Source: Candidatus Hermodarchaeota archaeon (GTDB taxonomy: Archaea; Asgardarchaeota; Lokiarchaeia; Sigyniarchaeales; SOKP01). From it: DNA of 64,000 nucleotides. Below are positions 1 to 10,195 of the stretch, one piece after another (within the stretch, counting starts at the first letter, position 1; every line of letters begins with the position of its first letter). The position numbers and the translations under genes were made by a program. The notes under the pieces were generated by a model, which saw only the letters and a program-made list of their open reading frames with translations, did not search any database and was not told the DNA's origin. The DNA lies in the NCBI GenBank assembly GCA_048885925.1, contig JBHLLG010000001.1:67105-131104 (forward strand), given 5' to 3'.

Positions 1-421
1 GATTATTTCTATTTGTTAGTATTGGATCTTTTGTTGCTTTAGCACGAGAATCATAATGTGCTCCCAATATAATTATATTTTGCTTATCCTCGTTTAATTT
101 AAATAAAACATTTTGGCATTCTATTGAAAGAACAGTAAAATTATGTAGGATATAAGTAAAATTAATATTTATCTCTTTAAATTTTGAGATAAAATAATTG
201 GCACAATTTGCCCTTTCTGGAGTCCCTGGAATTCGAAAACCAATATTTAATTGATCTTCAATATATGAAAAAGCATTTTCACCATTAAATTGTAGATCTA
301 TCTCATAATTTTGGATTCTAAGATTATTAGATGGTAAAAATAAATAGATAATAGAAAAGATTATTGTTGAAAAAAATGTTAATAAAATTAAGATTTTATA
401 TCTTTTTCTTATAAAACTCAC
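1..421 (-). CDS. M28 family peptidase / glutaminyl-cyclase-like protein, N-terminal part (runs off the window edge)
   Basis: Not in ORF track. Manual minus-strand translation gives an N-terminal hydrophobic anchor, then FNGENAF..QLNIGFRIPGT..NIIILGAHYDSRAKATKDP (M28 GAHYD motif). Start is GTG 421 or ATA 412 after GGTGA. Confidence 0.8.
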   Translation of the reverse strand, partial: MSFIRKRYKILILLTFFSTIIFSIIYLFLPSNNLRIQNYEIDLQFNGENAFSYIEDQLNIGFRIPGTPERANCANYFISKFKEININFTYILHNFTVLSIECQNVLFKLNEDKQNIIILGAHYDSRAKATKDPILTNRNN

Positions 422-496
422 CGAATTATGAAAAAAATTAATTGAGATTTTATCCTTATTGGGTTTAAAATTAAATAATAAAAATATATTTAAATG

Positions 497-925
497 TTAG
501 AGAGTCTTAAAGCCAAGATCGACCCTTATTTCTCCTCCCTTTAATTCCGTCTCTAAAAATGTAGCTTGTACTGGAGTATTTATTTTAATATTATCTGGTT
601 TAGTTTCATCAACGCCAATTAATTGTCCCGAAATCATTGGACCTTCTTCAAGTTCTATTACGGAAAAGCAATAAGGCTTTTTCATCGAATATCCTTTATT
701 CACCATAAATGTAGTTCCTACACCAATACAAGAAAAAGCTGCGATTTTACCTTTACCTGACATTTCAATCCATTCCACATCAGTTGAGCTACATTTTATA
801 CATAATTTTCTTGGAGGAACGTCAACTGCTCCACATTTTTTACACTTAGAGCCCATCAACTTCTTATTGTTAATAAATTCCAAATAATTTTGAATTGTAA
901 TTTCTTTTTCTTCTGACACTTTCAT
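497..925 (-). CDS. DUF35 Zn-ribbon/OB-fold protein (thiolase partner)
   Basis: CKKCG..PPRKLCIKC zinc ribbon followed by OB fold (IELEEGP); directly downstream of a thiolase. Confidence 0.9.
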   Translation of the reverse strand: MKVSEEKEITIQNYLEFINNKKLMGSKCKKCGAVDVPPRKLCIKCSSTDVEWIEMSGKGKIAAFSCIGVGTTFMVNKGYSMKKPYCFSVIELEEGPMISGQLIGVDETKPDNIKINTPVQATFLETELKGGEIRVDLGFKTL

Positions 926-938
926 TTTTCACCTTTTT

Positions 939-2198
939 TTACTTTTCATAAGTTGTAACCACACAAGTGGCTCCAGATCCTCCTAAATTATGAGTTAGTG
1001 CTTTTTCAACATCAAATTTAACTTGTCTATTTCTTTCAGCAATACCGCGCATTTGTTTAAAAATTTCAACGGCCATAGCGGCTCCTGTTGCACCAACCGG
1101 ATGCCCCTTTGATTTTAATCCTCCTGACGTATTAATTGGTTTAATCCCATCCCTTTTAGTTTCTCCATTTTTAATTGCTTCAGCTGCTTTACCTTTTTCA
1201 TAGAAACCTAAATCTTCTAGTGCAATTAGTTCTGCAATAGTAAAACAATCATGAACTTCAGCAATTTGTATATCCTTAGGCTTTAAACCAGACATATGAT
1301 AAGCTTGTCTAGCTGCTTCTCGAGCCGCTATAAATCCCGTAAGTTCTCCTCTATCATGTAATGAAAGAGCAGCACTCCCTTGTCCCGTTCCAGTTATCCA
1401 AATTGGTGTGTCAGTGAATCTCTTAGCAACATCTTTTGCTGCCAAAAATATACAAGCAGCACCATCAGTTACTAATGAACAATCAAATAATCTAAGTGGA
1501 GAGGCAATAATTGGATTTGATGTACTATTAAGAAAGTCCATTTCATCTTTCCAATCAGGAAGTTCTCCTCCTTGAGCTTCTAACTTCTTAATCTTACTTG
1601 TCATTATATCTTTTATACTTTGTTGCATTTGTGCATATGGATTTTCTTTTCCATTCTCATGATTCTTTATAGCAATTCTTTTCAAGTCATCGTGAGTTGT
1701 ACCAAATTTATGAAAGTGTGCTGAAGCAACCACTGCATATAAACCCGGAAAAGTAGCTCCTGCGGGATATTCAAATAAATTATCAGAAGCAGTTGCTAAT
1801 GTATCAGTTACAAGAGTAGTAGATACCTCAGTCATACATTCAACACCACTTATCGCCACAACATCATGAACTCCCGATGCAATAGCTAATATTCCCTGAC
1901 GAAATGCTACCCCGCTACTAGCACAAGCACCTTCAAATCTAGCTGCTGGCTTAGGAGTTAATCCTACTAAATCAGCCATTTGGGGACCTAAATGTCCTTG
2001 GTGATTAAACAAGTCTGAGGAGTAATTTCCTACATAACATGCATCTATATCTTTAGGCTCAATACCATTATCAACTCTATTTACCGCATCAATCCATGCA
2101 TCAACCCACATATCAGGATTACGTTTAAGAGGAAAATTTTGACCAAACTTACTCATTCCGGCACCAATTATAGCAATACTTCGAGCTAATTTACCCAT
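939..2198 (-). CDS. Archaeal/SCP-x type thiolase (acetyl-CoA C-acyltransferase)
   Basis: EGACASSG, AEVHDCF, GGLKSKGHPVGATG, HNLGG motifs. Confidence 0.93.
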   Translation of the reverse strand: MGKLARSIAIIGAGMSKFGQNFPLKRNPDMWVDAWIDAVNRVDNGIEPKDIDACYVGNYSSDLFNHQGHLGPQMADLVGLTPKPAARFEGACASSGVAFRQGILAIASGVHDVVAISGVECMTEVSTTLVTDTLATASDNLFEYPAGATFPGLYAVVASAHFHKFGTTHDDLKRIAIKNHENGKENPYAQMQQSIKDIMTSKIKKLEAQGGELPDWKDEMDFLNSTSNPIIASPLRLFDCSLVTDGAACIFLAAKDVAKRFTDTPIWITGTGQGSAALSLHDRGELTGFIAAREAARQAYHMSGLKPKDIQIAEVHDCFTIAELIALEDLGFYEKGKAAEAIKNGETKRDGIKPINTSGGLKSKGHPVGATGAAMAVEIFKQMRGIAERNRQVKFDVEKALTHNLGGSGATCVVTTYEK

Positions 2199-2300
2199 AA
2201 TTTCACCATTCTTTAATTTTAATTTATTTTTATTTTGAAAATTAATGAATTGAATTATCTAAAAATTATATTTCTTATCATTTTCCTAAAAAAATTACAT

Positions 2301-3521
2301 TTAATCCTGAAAAAATTTCAGAAGATAAATAAGCTCTATTATTACTCCTATTATACTTAAAATGAACGGTGCAATATAATGAATATTTTCAACAAGTAAT
2401 CCCCCTATTATCCCAGTTGGTAATAAGCCAATACCTCTAAAGAAAGATATTACCCCATAGGATTCAGCTTTCTGATTCTCACCTAAATTAGTTAACATTA
2501 TTTGTTCTGCAGGTACAAAAGTGACTAGGGATAGCGCTAATAGAATATATCCAATGCTAATAGTAATTAATATTGTATTGCGAATATTGTTCATCCATAA
2601 AATTACAGATAAGATATTCATTAAGAAGAATCCCATTCCAAAAAATTGGCTCAAAATTAAGGTGCGTCTCTTACCAATTTTATCTGTTATACCTCCCGCA
2701 GGAATTTGGAAAATAGCATTTGTTATATTAAACCATAACATTACGAAAGCAATGTGTTCTTTCGATATTTTGTAATAATCATTTAACCCACCAGAATAAA
2801 TTGAAAGAGAAATACTATAAACAAATATGTCTAAAATAAAGAATATTAAAATTATTCTTAATGATTTAACTTTAAAAATCTTAACCCAGATATTTTCTTT
2901 TTCTCTTTTAATATTATTACTCTGAATTTTTTTATTTTCAATGGATTGAGAGTGACCAGAAATGAAAAATATGAAAACTAACAATTCAAAAAATAATAAA
3001 ATAATAAAAAATGTAAAATAAAACCTAGATTCGAGACCTTCTCCAAGCATTATGAATAATGTTCCACCTATATTTCCACCAAAATATGAAAAAAACATAA
3101 ATCCAAATATCAATCCCTTAGATTTATTACTATTTTCGCTTACTAAAAATTGAGTATTTAGATTAATCATTGAAAAACCTAAAAAGTATAGAATTATCCC
3201 AAAAATCGCATATTGTAAACTATTTGTGTTAGCAATTATTAAAAACAAAAGTCCAATAATATAAATTGGAATGCTTAAAATTAGAACGTATTTACGATTA
3301 TTTCTATCAGAAAATTTACCAATCAAAGGCATAGGTAAAAATTGCATCGCTATTCCGATTGAGATAAATAAACCAGTCAAAAAAATCGAATTTGTAAGTT
3401 CTAGAAGATATGGTTGATAAACAACCATAAAAATACCCGTACCAAATCCATGGATTAACCTAGTTATTGCTAAAGCTATTAAATTTCTACGCTTAATTTT
3501 CTCTAGATTATTAAAAGTCAT
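2301..3521 (-). CDS. MFS transporter
   Basis: About 12 hydrophobic helices; motif A variants GKFSDRNNRK and GGITDKIGKRR. Confidence 0.9.
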   Translation of the reverse strand: MTFNNLEKIKRRNLIALAITRLIHGFGTGIFMVVYQPYLLELTNSIFLTGLFISIGIAMQFLPMPLIGKFSDRNNRKYVLILSIPIYIIGLLFLIIANTNSLQYAIFGIILYFLGFSMINLNTQFLVSENSNKSKGLIFGFMFFSYFGGNIGGTLFIMLGEGLESRFYFTFFIILLFFELLVFIFFISGHSQSIENKKIQSNNIKREKENIWVKIFKVKSLRIILIFFILDIFVYSISLSIYSGGLNDYYKISKEHIAFVMLWFNITNAIFQIPAGGITDKIGKRRTLILSQFFGMGFFLMNILSVILWMNNIRNTILITISIGYILLALSLVTFVPAEQIMLTNLGENQKAESYGVISFFRGIGLLPTGIIGGLLVENIHYIAPFILSIIGVIIELIYLLKFFQD

Positions 3522-3654
3522 TAAATTAAAAAGTAAAATCTATTCTCTTAAATATCGAATAATTTGAAAAATATATCATTAAACATGAATTTTCTGTTTT
3601 TATAAAGTCAGAAAAACCGATTTTTCAATTTAGAAAAATTCGAAATTTTGTTTC

Positions 3655-3999
3655 TTATTCTTCTTGTTCCTTCATTTTTTTAAGTATGTTTAACGCTTTA
3701 CTATATCTTTTACTAGTACTTGCTCTTTCATTGAGACCTTTACATGGGAAATCTTGGCATTGATAACAATAATCTAATTTTTTATCTTTTATACAACAAT
3801 CTCTAATCCAACATTCAGTAGTCCAACATTCCGAAATTTCACCCCTACATGTGCTACAATGAAAATCATTAGAGCTTACATTCTCCCACATTCCTTTAAA
3901 TATTCTAACTAATTTATGGTTAACTCTCTGATTATATGGCGCTAAATAGATCATACATTTACCACAGTCTAAACCACAGGGAGCAATAATATTTTTCAT
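3655..3999 (-). CDS. DUF3795 Cys-rich protein
   Basis: APCGLDCGKC ... CSTCRG ... CWIRDCC ... CYQCQDFPC pattern. Confidence 0.85.
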   Translation of the reverse strand: MKNIIAPCGLDCGKCMIYLAPYNQRVNHKLVRIFKGMWENVSSNDFHCSTCRGEISECWTTECWIRDCCIKDKKLDYCYQCQDFPCKGLNERASTSKRYSKALNILKKMKEQEE

Positions 4000-4033
4000 T
4001 TTAAGTATTATCTCTTTATTAAATTAAAATAAA

Positions 4034-4576
4034 TTAATATTCTATTCCATATCTAGATGTAATTCCTTGTGAGGAGTAATAATGCTTTATCATCCTCATT
4101 TCAGTTACAAGATCAGCAAGTTCTTTTATTTTAGGGTGCATATTTGGTCCACCTGTTAGTATTAGCTCAACTTTTTCAGGTTTATTTTTTATGAGTTCCA
4201 AAACGGGCTCTACAGAGATTACATTCATAGAGATAGCAACACCAACTTCATCAAGTATAACAATGTCATATTCATCACTCATAATAATTTCTTTTGCAAA
4301 TTCTAATGCTTTTTGACCCTCTGCTAAGTCAAATTCATTAGGCTCAGCTATAAGTTCTGGGCTACCAAACTGTTTTAGTTCAAAGTTTGAAATATTCTTA
4401 ATAGCTTCAACTTCACCATATTTATAGTTACCTTTCATAAATTGAATCATATAAACTTTAAAGCCATGTCCTGTAGCGCGTACTCCTTGCCCTATGGCGG
4501 CAGTTGTTTTACCTTTTCCTCGTCCAAAATATACTTGAACTAAACCTTGTTTTAGTCTTTTTCTTGTCGTATTCAT
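4034..4576 (-). CDS. cobO: Cob(I)yrinic acid a,c-diamide adenosyltransferase (CobO/BtuR/CobA)
   Basis: GLVQVYFGRGKGKTTAA, QFMKG, ILDEV, ELILTG, ADLVTEM..KH..GIEY. Confidence 0.92.
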   Translation of the reverse strand: MNTTRKRLKQGLVQVYFGRGKGKTTAAIGQGVRATGHGFKVYMIQFMKGNYKYGEVEAIKNISNFELKQFGSPELIAEPNEFDLAEGQKALEFAKEIIMSDEYDIVILDEVGVAISMNVISVEPVLELIKNKPEKVELILTGGPNMHPKIKELADLVTEMRMIKHYYSSQGITSRYGIEY

Positions 4577-4657
4577 CTTTTTCTAAAGTATTAATTTATT
4601 ATATTTTGAAATACTATATCATTTAATTACTTTTTATTACTAAAGATATGTGATTCC

Positions 4658-5425
4658 ATGGGTAAGTATGAGAAATTAGATAATCAATTGAATAAATATC
4701 TTAGGTTAGCCACTTTTCCAGTTGCGGTAAAATTATTAGAAGATCCAAAAGAATTAGAAAAAATAAAATTTCTTAAAAAACCAGAAAATGAAATGGTTAT
4801 ATGCCAAATTTTCAGTTTTGCGAGATATTATGGGTGGACAATGGGTTGTAGCAAAGAAGATAATTTGTGTCCACTCGCAAATATTTCTTTAGGATTTGAA
4901 GAGTCTCATAAGTTATTTGAAGAAGGTGCCTTTTTTTTAGGAAGATATAATGAAACTAAGGATGCTGCGAAAAAAACTACACAATCCATACCTAAAATTC
5001 CATTTGGGAAATATAATGCCGTTCTTTCAGGAGCTTTACATCGTATTGATTATGATCCCGATTTAATTCTAATATGGGGCAATTCTGCACAAATTATGAG
5101 AATAATTCAAGGCTATTTGTGGAAAAAAGGAGGAAGGATTTCGATGTCTACTTTTTGTGATGGTGTATGTGCAGATACTATATCAAATGCTATGCTTACA
5201 GGTGATTTACAAATTGCTTTCCCTTGTCTTGGTGATCGTCGTTATGGAAATGCAACAGATAGTGACTTAATAGCATCAATACCATTTGGCATTATAGATG
5301 AAATTTTACAAGGTATGGTAGAAACCCATAAAGCAGGTACAAGATATCCAATACCGTATCAAATTTCGAAACCAGAATATTTTGTAGAATTGAAAAAACA
5401 ATTAGACAAAGTAAAAAAAAATTAA
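4658..5425 (+). CDS. DUF169 domain protein
   Basis: LRLATFPVAVK, CQ..ARYYG, C-P, PDLILIWGN..QIMR, C-D, PCLGDR pattern. Confidence 0.85.
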   Translation: MGKYEKLDNQLNKYLRLATFPVAVKLLEDPKELEKIKFLKKPENEMVICQIFSFARYYGWTMGCSKEDNLCPLANISLGFEESHKLFEEGAFFLGRYNETKDAAKKTTQSIPKIPFGKYNAVLSGALHRIDYDPDLILIWGNSAQIMRIIQGYLWKKGGRISMSTFCDGVCADTISNAMLTGDLQIAFPCLGDRRYGNATDSDLIASIPFGIIDEILQGMVETHKAGTRYPIPYQISKPEYFVELKKQLDKVKKN

Positions 5426-5494
5426 TTCAAAATTACCAACTAGTTTATGCCAGAAAAGGTAATTATAACAATAGCCACTTTATTTTAATATATT

Positions 5495-5929
5495 TTATTT
5501 CTTACTCTTATATAATCCAATTATTTCAGCAGACATTATGGCGTGATCTTCCATTTCTTCATAGAAATTCTTTTTATTAACACCTTTTACTTTTTCAACA
5601 TCTAATGCATAAACCTTGAATTTATATCTATGTGTGCCACTTGGGGGCGCTGGACCCCCATAACCAGATTTACCAAAGTCAGTTTGTAACTGATCACCCT
5701 GAATTGGGCCTCCTTGAGGGAGTTCAGTTACATTTTTTGGAATATTGACAACAAGCCAATGGATCCAATCGCCTGCAGGAGCATCTGGGTCATTACACGA
5801 AATAGCGAAACTCTTAATGGTTGCAGGTGCTTTTTCCCACTTCAGATGAGGCGATTTATTTCCTCCTCGCAATGAAAATTTACTATCTAATAATTGGTTA
5901 TGTTTAAAATCATTACTTGTTAGTTTCAT
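5495..5929 (-). CDS. YbhB/YbcL family PEBP (Raf kinase inhibitor-like) protein
   Basis: MKLTSNDF, SPHLKW, DPDAP, HW, GYGGPAPPSGTHRY; ATG 5929 preferred over ORF-track start 5953. Confidence 0.9.
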   Translation of the reverse strand: MKLTSNDFKHNQLLDSKFSLRGGNKSPHLKWEKAPATIKSFAISCNDPDAPAGDWIHWLVVNIPKNVTELPQGGPIQGDQLQTDFGKSGYGGPAPPSGTHRYKFKVYALDVEKVKGVNKKNFYEEMEDHAIMSAEIIGLYKSKK

Positions 5930-6094
5930 AGAGATAATTAGGATCAGTTTCATATTTAATTATTTGTTTATGTTATTTTATTTAATCAAAAAGACACTAA
6001 TACTATGGAAATCTCAATTTCATACAAAATAATTTTATTTATAAAATTCATATGGATTAATTAAGATTCAAATTCAAGAAAAGGTAGTTGAAAA

Positions 6095-7465
6095 TTGAAT
6101 AATTTTTTAGAAATTTACTCAACAAATGTTAAAAATGGTATTCAGATTGAATTTCAAGGATTTCAATATCCTATTATTTATGAAGAAAAAATATGGAATT
6201 TAACACCGAATCAAACATGTGAGGCTTTAAAAGATAATTTAGTTCTTGCAACAACGATGCATTTACCATTAATATATAATAAGAAGAAAATTATTTATCA
6301 TTCAGGAAGACCTTTACTAGAACCATATTTTTTACAAAATTTTTTGCGAGATATTCCTTCTTGTACTGAAGTTGACGGTCTTAATACAGATGATATAATT
6401 CATCATTTTCTGAGTACAGAATTCCAATTTGTTAATCCAGAAATATTGGTTCCCTCTGATAAAACAGTTGAAGGAGCATATAAAGCTTTAGTAGGAATGA
6501 GTTTTGGGAAAGATAGTCTCTTGACTTATGCTGTAGCAGATGAGATTAACTTAGACCCAGAAATCATATATGTAGTAGAACAAAGCTTAACATATGAAGA
6601 AAAACATAAAAAAGATTTAGCAAACGAGTTCAAAAAAGAATTCGGAAAAGAGTTACATGTTCTTACTCATGAAACTGGAAAACTAAGGGATTATAATTAT
6701 TTAAATTTACCAAAATCTGAATTTGGGTGGGGTTTACAAAATACGGAATATGCCCTTGAGTTTATTCCTTTTGCTTATGCATTCAGCGGAAAATATATCT
6801 TTTTTGGTAATGAACAAACAACTGCAGCTTCTTATATGGATAATTCAAATAGATGGTTAATTTATCCCGCTTATGACCAATCCCATCAATGGACAGTACA
6901 TATAAATCAAATAACGCAAATGTTCTCTGGTCATTCAGTAAATACAGGAAGCTTGATTGAACCTCTAATGGATATGATGATACAACGTATTCTTGCTAAT
7001 CGTTATCCAGAAATTGCAAAATATCAGATGAGTTGTTTTACTGAAAATGAATTTGGTAAAGACTATCATTGGTGTCACCATTGTTCTGTTTGTGCGAAAA
7101 TGTATTTATTATGCGTTGGGAGTGGTATAGATCCTAAATCAATTGGATTAAAAAACGATATGTTAAGAAAAGAATTTAAAGCTTTTTATACGTTATTTGG
7201 AGGTAAATCAAATCTCACATATGCTAATACAGAAATAGCGAGGGATGAACAATTATTTGCTTTTTATAGTGCCACCAAAAAAGGAGTTAAGGGTGATTTA
7301 ATTGACGAGTTTAAAAATAAAGGGTTACTTGAAGAAGCTAAAAGTCGAGAAGATGAGCTTTTCAATAAATTTTGCTCTATTTATGAGCCAATTTCGCTTC
7401 CTAAGGAATTGAAAAATGAAGTTATGTCCATTTATAAAGAAGAATTATCATTATTTGAATTATAA
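6095..7465 (+). CDS. PP-loop ATPase resembling MurL (glycopeptidyl-glutamate epimerase)/QueC-like protein
   Basis: PP-loop-like SFGKDS, FGNEQ, YDQS, MSCF..HWCHHCSVC metal-binding motif, in the same order as in MurL. Confidence 0.6.
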   Translation: MNNFLEIYSTNVKNGIQIEFQGFQYPIIYEEKIWNLTPNQTCEALKDNLVLATTMHLPLIYNKKKIIYHSGRPLLEPYFLQNFLRDIPSCTEVDGLNTDDIIHHFLSTEFQFVNPEILVPSDKTVEGAYKALVGMSFGKDSLLTYAVADEINLDPEIIYVVEQSLTYEEKHKKDLANEFKKEFGKELHVLTHETGKLRDYNYLNLPKSEFGWGLQNTEYALEFIPFAYAFSGKYIFFGNEQTTAASYMDNSNRWLIYPAYDQSHQWTVHINQITQMFSGHSVNTGSLIEPLMDMMIQRILANRYPEIAKYQMSCFTENEFGKDYHWCHHCSVCAKMYLLCVGSGIDPKSIGLKNDMLRKEFKAFYTLFGGKSNLTYANTEIARDEQLFAFYSATKKGVKGDLIDEFKNKGLLEEAKSREDELFNKFCSIYEPISLPKELKNEVMSIYKEELSLFEL

Positions 7466-7532
7466 AATTTACAATTAAATAGATCCTAAACATTTTATTA
7501 TTAATCTGTTTTAATTAAAATTTGAAAACAAA

Positions 7533-8528
7533 ATGAAGATAGCAGTTGTATTAAACACAAGAAGAGAAGATACCGAATTTCAAATCGAATATGATCCTCC
7601 TCATACGATTCAATTAATAAAACATGGTATTGAACAAACTGGACATGATTATGAATTTATTGAAGCTGATGAAAATGTTTTTGAAAATTTGAAAAGAGTT
7701 AAACCTGATTTAGTTTTCAACAGATCTGAAGGAATAAGAGGAGAAAGTCGTGAATCTCATGTACCATCAATGTTGGAGATGTTAAAGATCCCTTATGTAG
7801 GTTCTAATGTACTCACAACAGCGATTGGGTTAAATAAAACATGGGCAAAAAAATGTTTAGCATATCATAAAATCTTAACTCCAAGATTTATTGCAGTTTC
7901 AGACGTTAGAGATATTGCCAATTTTGATTTAAGCTTCCCTGTAATTTTAAAACCAAATGAAGAGGGTTCTTCAATGGGAATAAATGAAGACAATGTTGTT
8001 TTTGATATCGAAAATTTAAAAATTAAACTTAAAAATTTATTAGAGACTTATCACCAATCGATCTTAGTTGAACAATTTATTCAAGGACGTGAATTTAGTA
8101 TAGGATTATTAGGAAGACCCAGCGAAGATCCAGAAGTATTATCAATTCTAGAAATAGATTATTCAAAACTACCTAAGGAAATAGGGAATGTATTTGGACA
8201 AAGAGCAAAAACTATGTATGATTCATTAGATCATTATATCTGCCCAGCTAAAATTCTAAAAGATTTAAGGAAAAGATTAAAGACAATCTCAATAAATATT
8301 TGGAAACATTTAGATATAAGAGATTTTGGGAGGATAGACTTTAGAATGAATACAAAAAATCAAATTTACTTTCTGGAGATAAATCCCCTCCCTGGAATGG
8401 ATTTTGACCTTGAGAATAATGATTTTTCATTTTATCCATATATGGCAATGAAATCTGGATATAGTTATGATCAATTAATACAGCGAATTTTAGAGTCCGC
8501 CTGTTATCGTTATGGTCTTAAATTATAA
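7533..8528 (+). CDS. D-alanine--D-alanine ligase-like ATP-grasp enzyme
   Basis: PYVGS, LNK..AK, FPVILKPNEEGSSMGI, VEQFIQGREF, GRIDFR, FLEINPLPG. Confidence 0.88.
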   Translation: MKIAVVLNTRREDTEFQIEYDPPHTIQLIKHGIEQTGHDYEFIEADENVFENLKRVKPDLVFNRSEGIRGESRESHVPSMLEMLKIPYVGSNVLTTAIGLNKTWAKKCLAYHKILTPRFIAVSDVRDIANFDLSFPVILKPNEEGSSMGINEDNVVFDIENLKIKLKNLLETYHQSILVEQFIQGREFSIGLLGRPSEDPEVLSILEIDYSKLPKEIGNVFGQRAKTMYDSLDHYICPAKILKDLRKRLKTISINIWKHLDIRDFGRIDFRMNTKNQIYFLEINPLPGMDFDLENNDFSFYPYMAMKSGYSYDQLIQRILESACYRYGLKL

Positions 8529-8555
8529 TTAATTTAATACTTTCTAAAGAGATAT

Positions 8556-9092
8556 ATGAATTTAAAATTAAATCCATTAAATTTGAAAAAAAATCCTTCT
8601 ATTTGGAGCTCTTTAAAGAGAGAATTGAGTAAAAAATTGAATTCTACAATAAAATTAATTTTTCCTGAAATTTGGGATAATAAATATTATGAATGGTTCC
8701 AAAATGTTGAAAATATAGCATTTCGAGAAGAATTAAGGTACTCTTTTAAAGAAGTAGAAAATAGATTACGCAATGATAATCTTGTTTTTTTATTCATTTT
8801 GTCAAATAATAAACCTGAAGCTATTCTTTTAGGTTATTCTTTTCCTGATGATAATTTAAAAGTTTTTTTCTTAGATACTATTGCTATTAAAAAGTATGGG
8901 AAAGGGATTGGGATTTTAGTACTAAAATGGTTTATTGAATGGTTGAAAAAAGAGAATTATGAGTTTATACGTGTAGAGACGGAGGAGATGGATGAGAAAA
9001 ATATTTTATTATATAATTTTTACAAAAAACTAGGATTTAAACTTAAGGAGAGAAATGATAAGGGAAATTTAACAATGATATTAGAATTATAA
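8556..9092 (+). CDS. GNAT family N-acetyltransferase
   Basis: LDTIAIKKYGKGIG acetyl-CoA binding loop; FYKKLGF. Confidence 0.8.
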   Translation: MNLKLNPLNLKKNPSIWSSLKRELSKKLNSTIKLIFPEIWDNKYYEWFQNVENIAFREELRYSFKEVENRLRNDNLVFLFILSNNKPEAILLGYSFPDDNLKVFFLDTIAIKKYGKGIGILVLKWFIEWLKKENYEFIRVETEEMDEKNILLYNFYKKLGFKLKERNDKGNLTMILEL

Positions 9093-9138
9093 GTTCATTT
9101 ATAACATTTTAATCAAATTAAAATCAAAATTTCATAAT

Positions 9139-10098
9139 TTACTTGAAATCCCTTCCTGTTAGGATTGCTACATAATTTCCTTTTAAAATAACTCTACCCT
9201 TTTTTAAATTTGATAAAACAGCTAAAGTACTTGTAGCTGCAGGTAAGGCATTTAAGCCTTGTTCTTCTCTTAAAATTCTAGATAATTCGATCATTTTTGT
9301 ATCAGATGCATAATCTGCAAATCCATTAGATTCATAAAGTGAATCTAATGCTTCTTGACCATCATAGGAATGCCAGTTTGTTAAAGGTTCATTAACTTTA
9401 CTTTCCCTAATTTCATCTGGAGATAAATCTAAGACTATCTTATTATTTAATTTATATGATTTAATAATAGGATTTCCCTTTCTAGTACTTGTAGCTATTA
9501 TTTTAGGTATTTTTGATATTTTTTTATCTTCAAATAGCTTTTTAAAACCTCTATGAATTCCTGTTAAAGTTGTTCCATTACCAACGGGACAAAAAACATA
9601 ATCTGGAGCTCTTCTCAGATTTCTATATAATTCTAAGGAGATTTTACTATATGCAAGAAAAGACAATTCTTTGACTCGAGGTATACCTGGATTTGCATTA
9701 TAATAATCCTGATCCTCTGCAACTTCAGACGACAAGGCAACAGCATCCTCATAATGACCATCAATATAGTGAATATGAGCATTAGCTTGATATAAATAAT
9801 TGATTCTATTTTTCGCTGGATGGTAATTTGTCGGGATAAATACATGAGTTTCTAACCCATAATTTTTTGCAACATATGCTAATGCAGCCCCAAAATTACC
9901 ACAGGTGGCTGTTGTTATAACCTTATATTTGTTTTTAAAAGCATCTTCAATTAAAGCTAATGCAATTCGATCTTTTTGAGTGCCAGTTGGATTACTCCCT
10001 TCAAATTTTAAATAAAGTCTTTCGCATCCTAATAAATTAGCAAGGTTTTTTGCCTCAGTAAATGTTGTATTTCCTATTAGCTTTTTAAGTTCAAACAT
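9139..10098 (-). CDS. Fold-type II PLP enzyme, threonine synthase-like
   Basis: GNT..LYLKFEGSNPTGTQKDR (PLP Lys), ATCGNFGAA, PVGNGT, ILTG. Confidence 0.85.
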   Translation of the reverse strand: MFELKKLIGNTTFTEAKNLANLLGCERLYLKFEGSNPTGTQKDRIALALIEDAFKNKYKVITTATCGNFGAALAYVAKNYGLETHVFIPTNYHPAKNRINYLYQANAHIHYIDGHYEDAVALSSEVAEDQDYYNANPGIPRVKELSFLAYSKISLELYRNLRRAPDYVFCPVGNGTTLTGIHRGFKKLFEDKKISKIPKIIATSTRKGNPIIKSYKLNNKIVLDLSPDEIRESKVNEPLTNWHSYDGQEALDSLYESNGFADYASDTKMIELSRILREEQGLNALPAATSTLAVLSNLKKGRVILKGNYVAILTGRDFK

Positions 10099-10195
10099 TA
10101 TTTAAGGCTGATAACCACCAATCAAATATGTATTCTATAATAATATAAAATTTAGTATTAATTCTTAATGTTTTTGAATTAATACTTATTTGGAT

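Noticed and set aside
7533-8528. Ddl-like gene as evidence of peptidoglycan or of a bacterial contig
   Set aside because: No mur/mraY/ftsW genes in the window, motifs differ from canonical Ddl, and composition and flanking genes match the rest of the archaeal-type window
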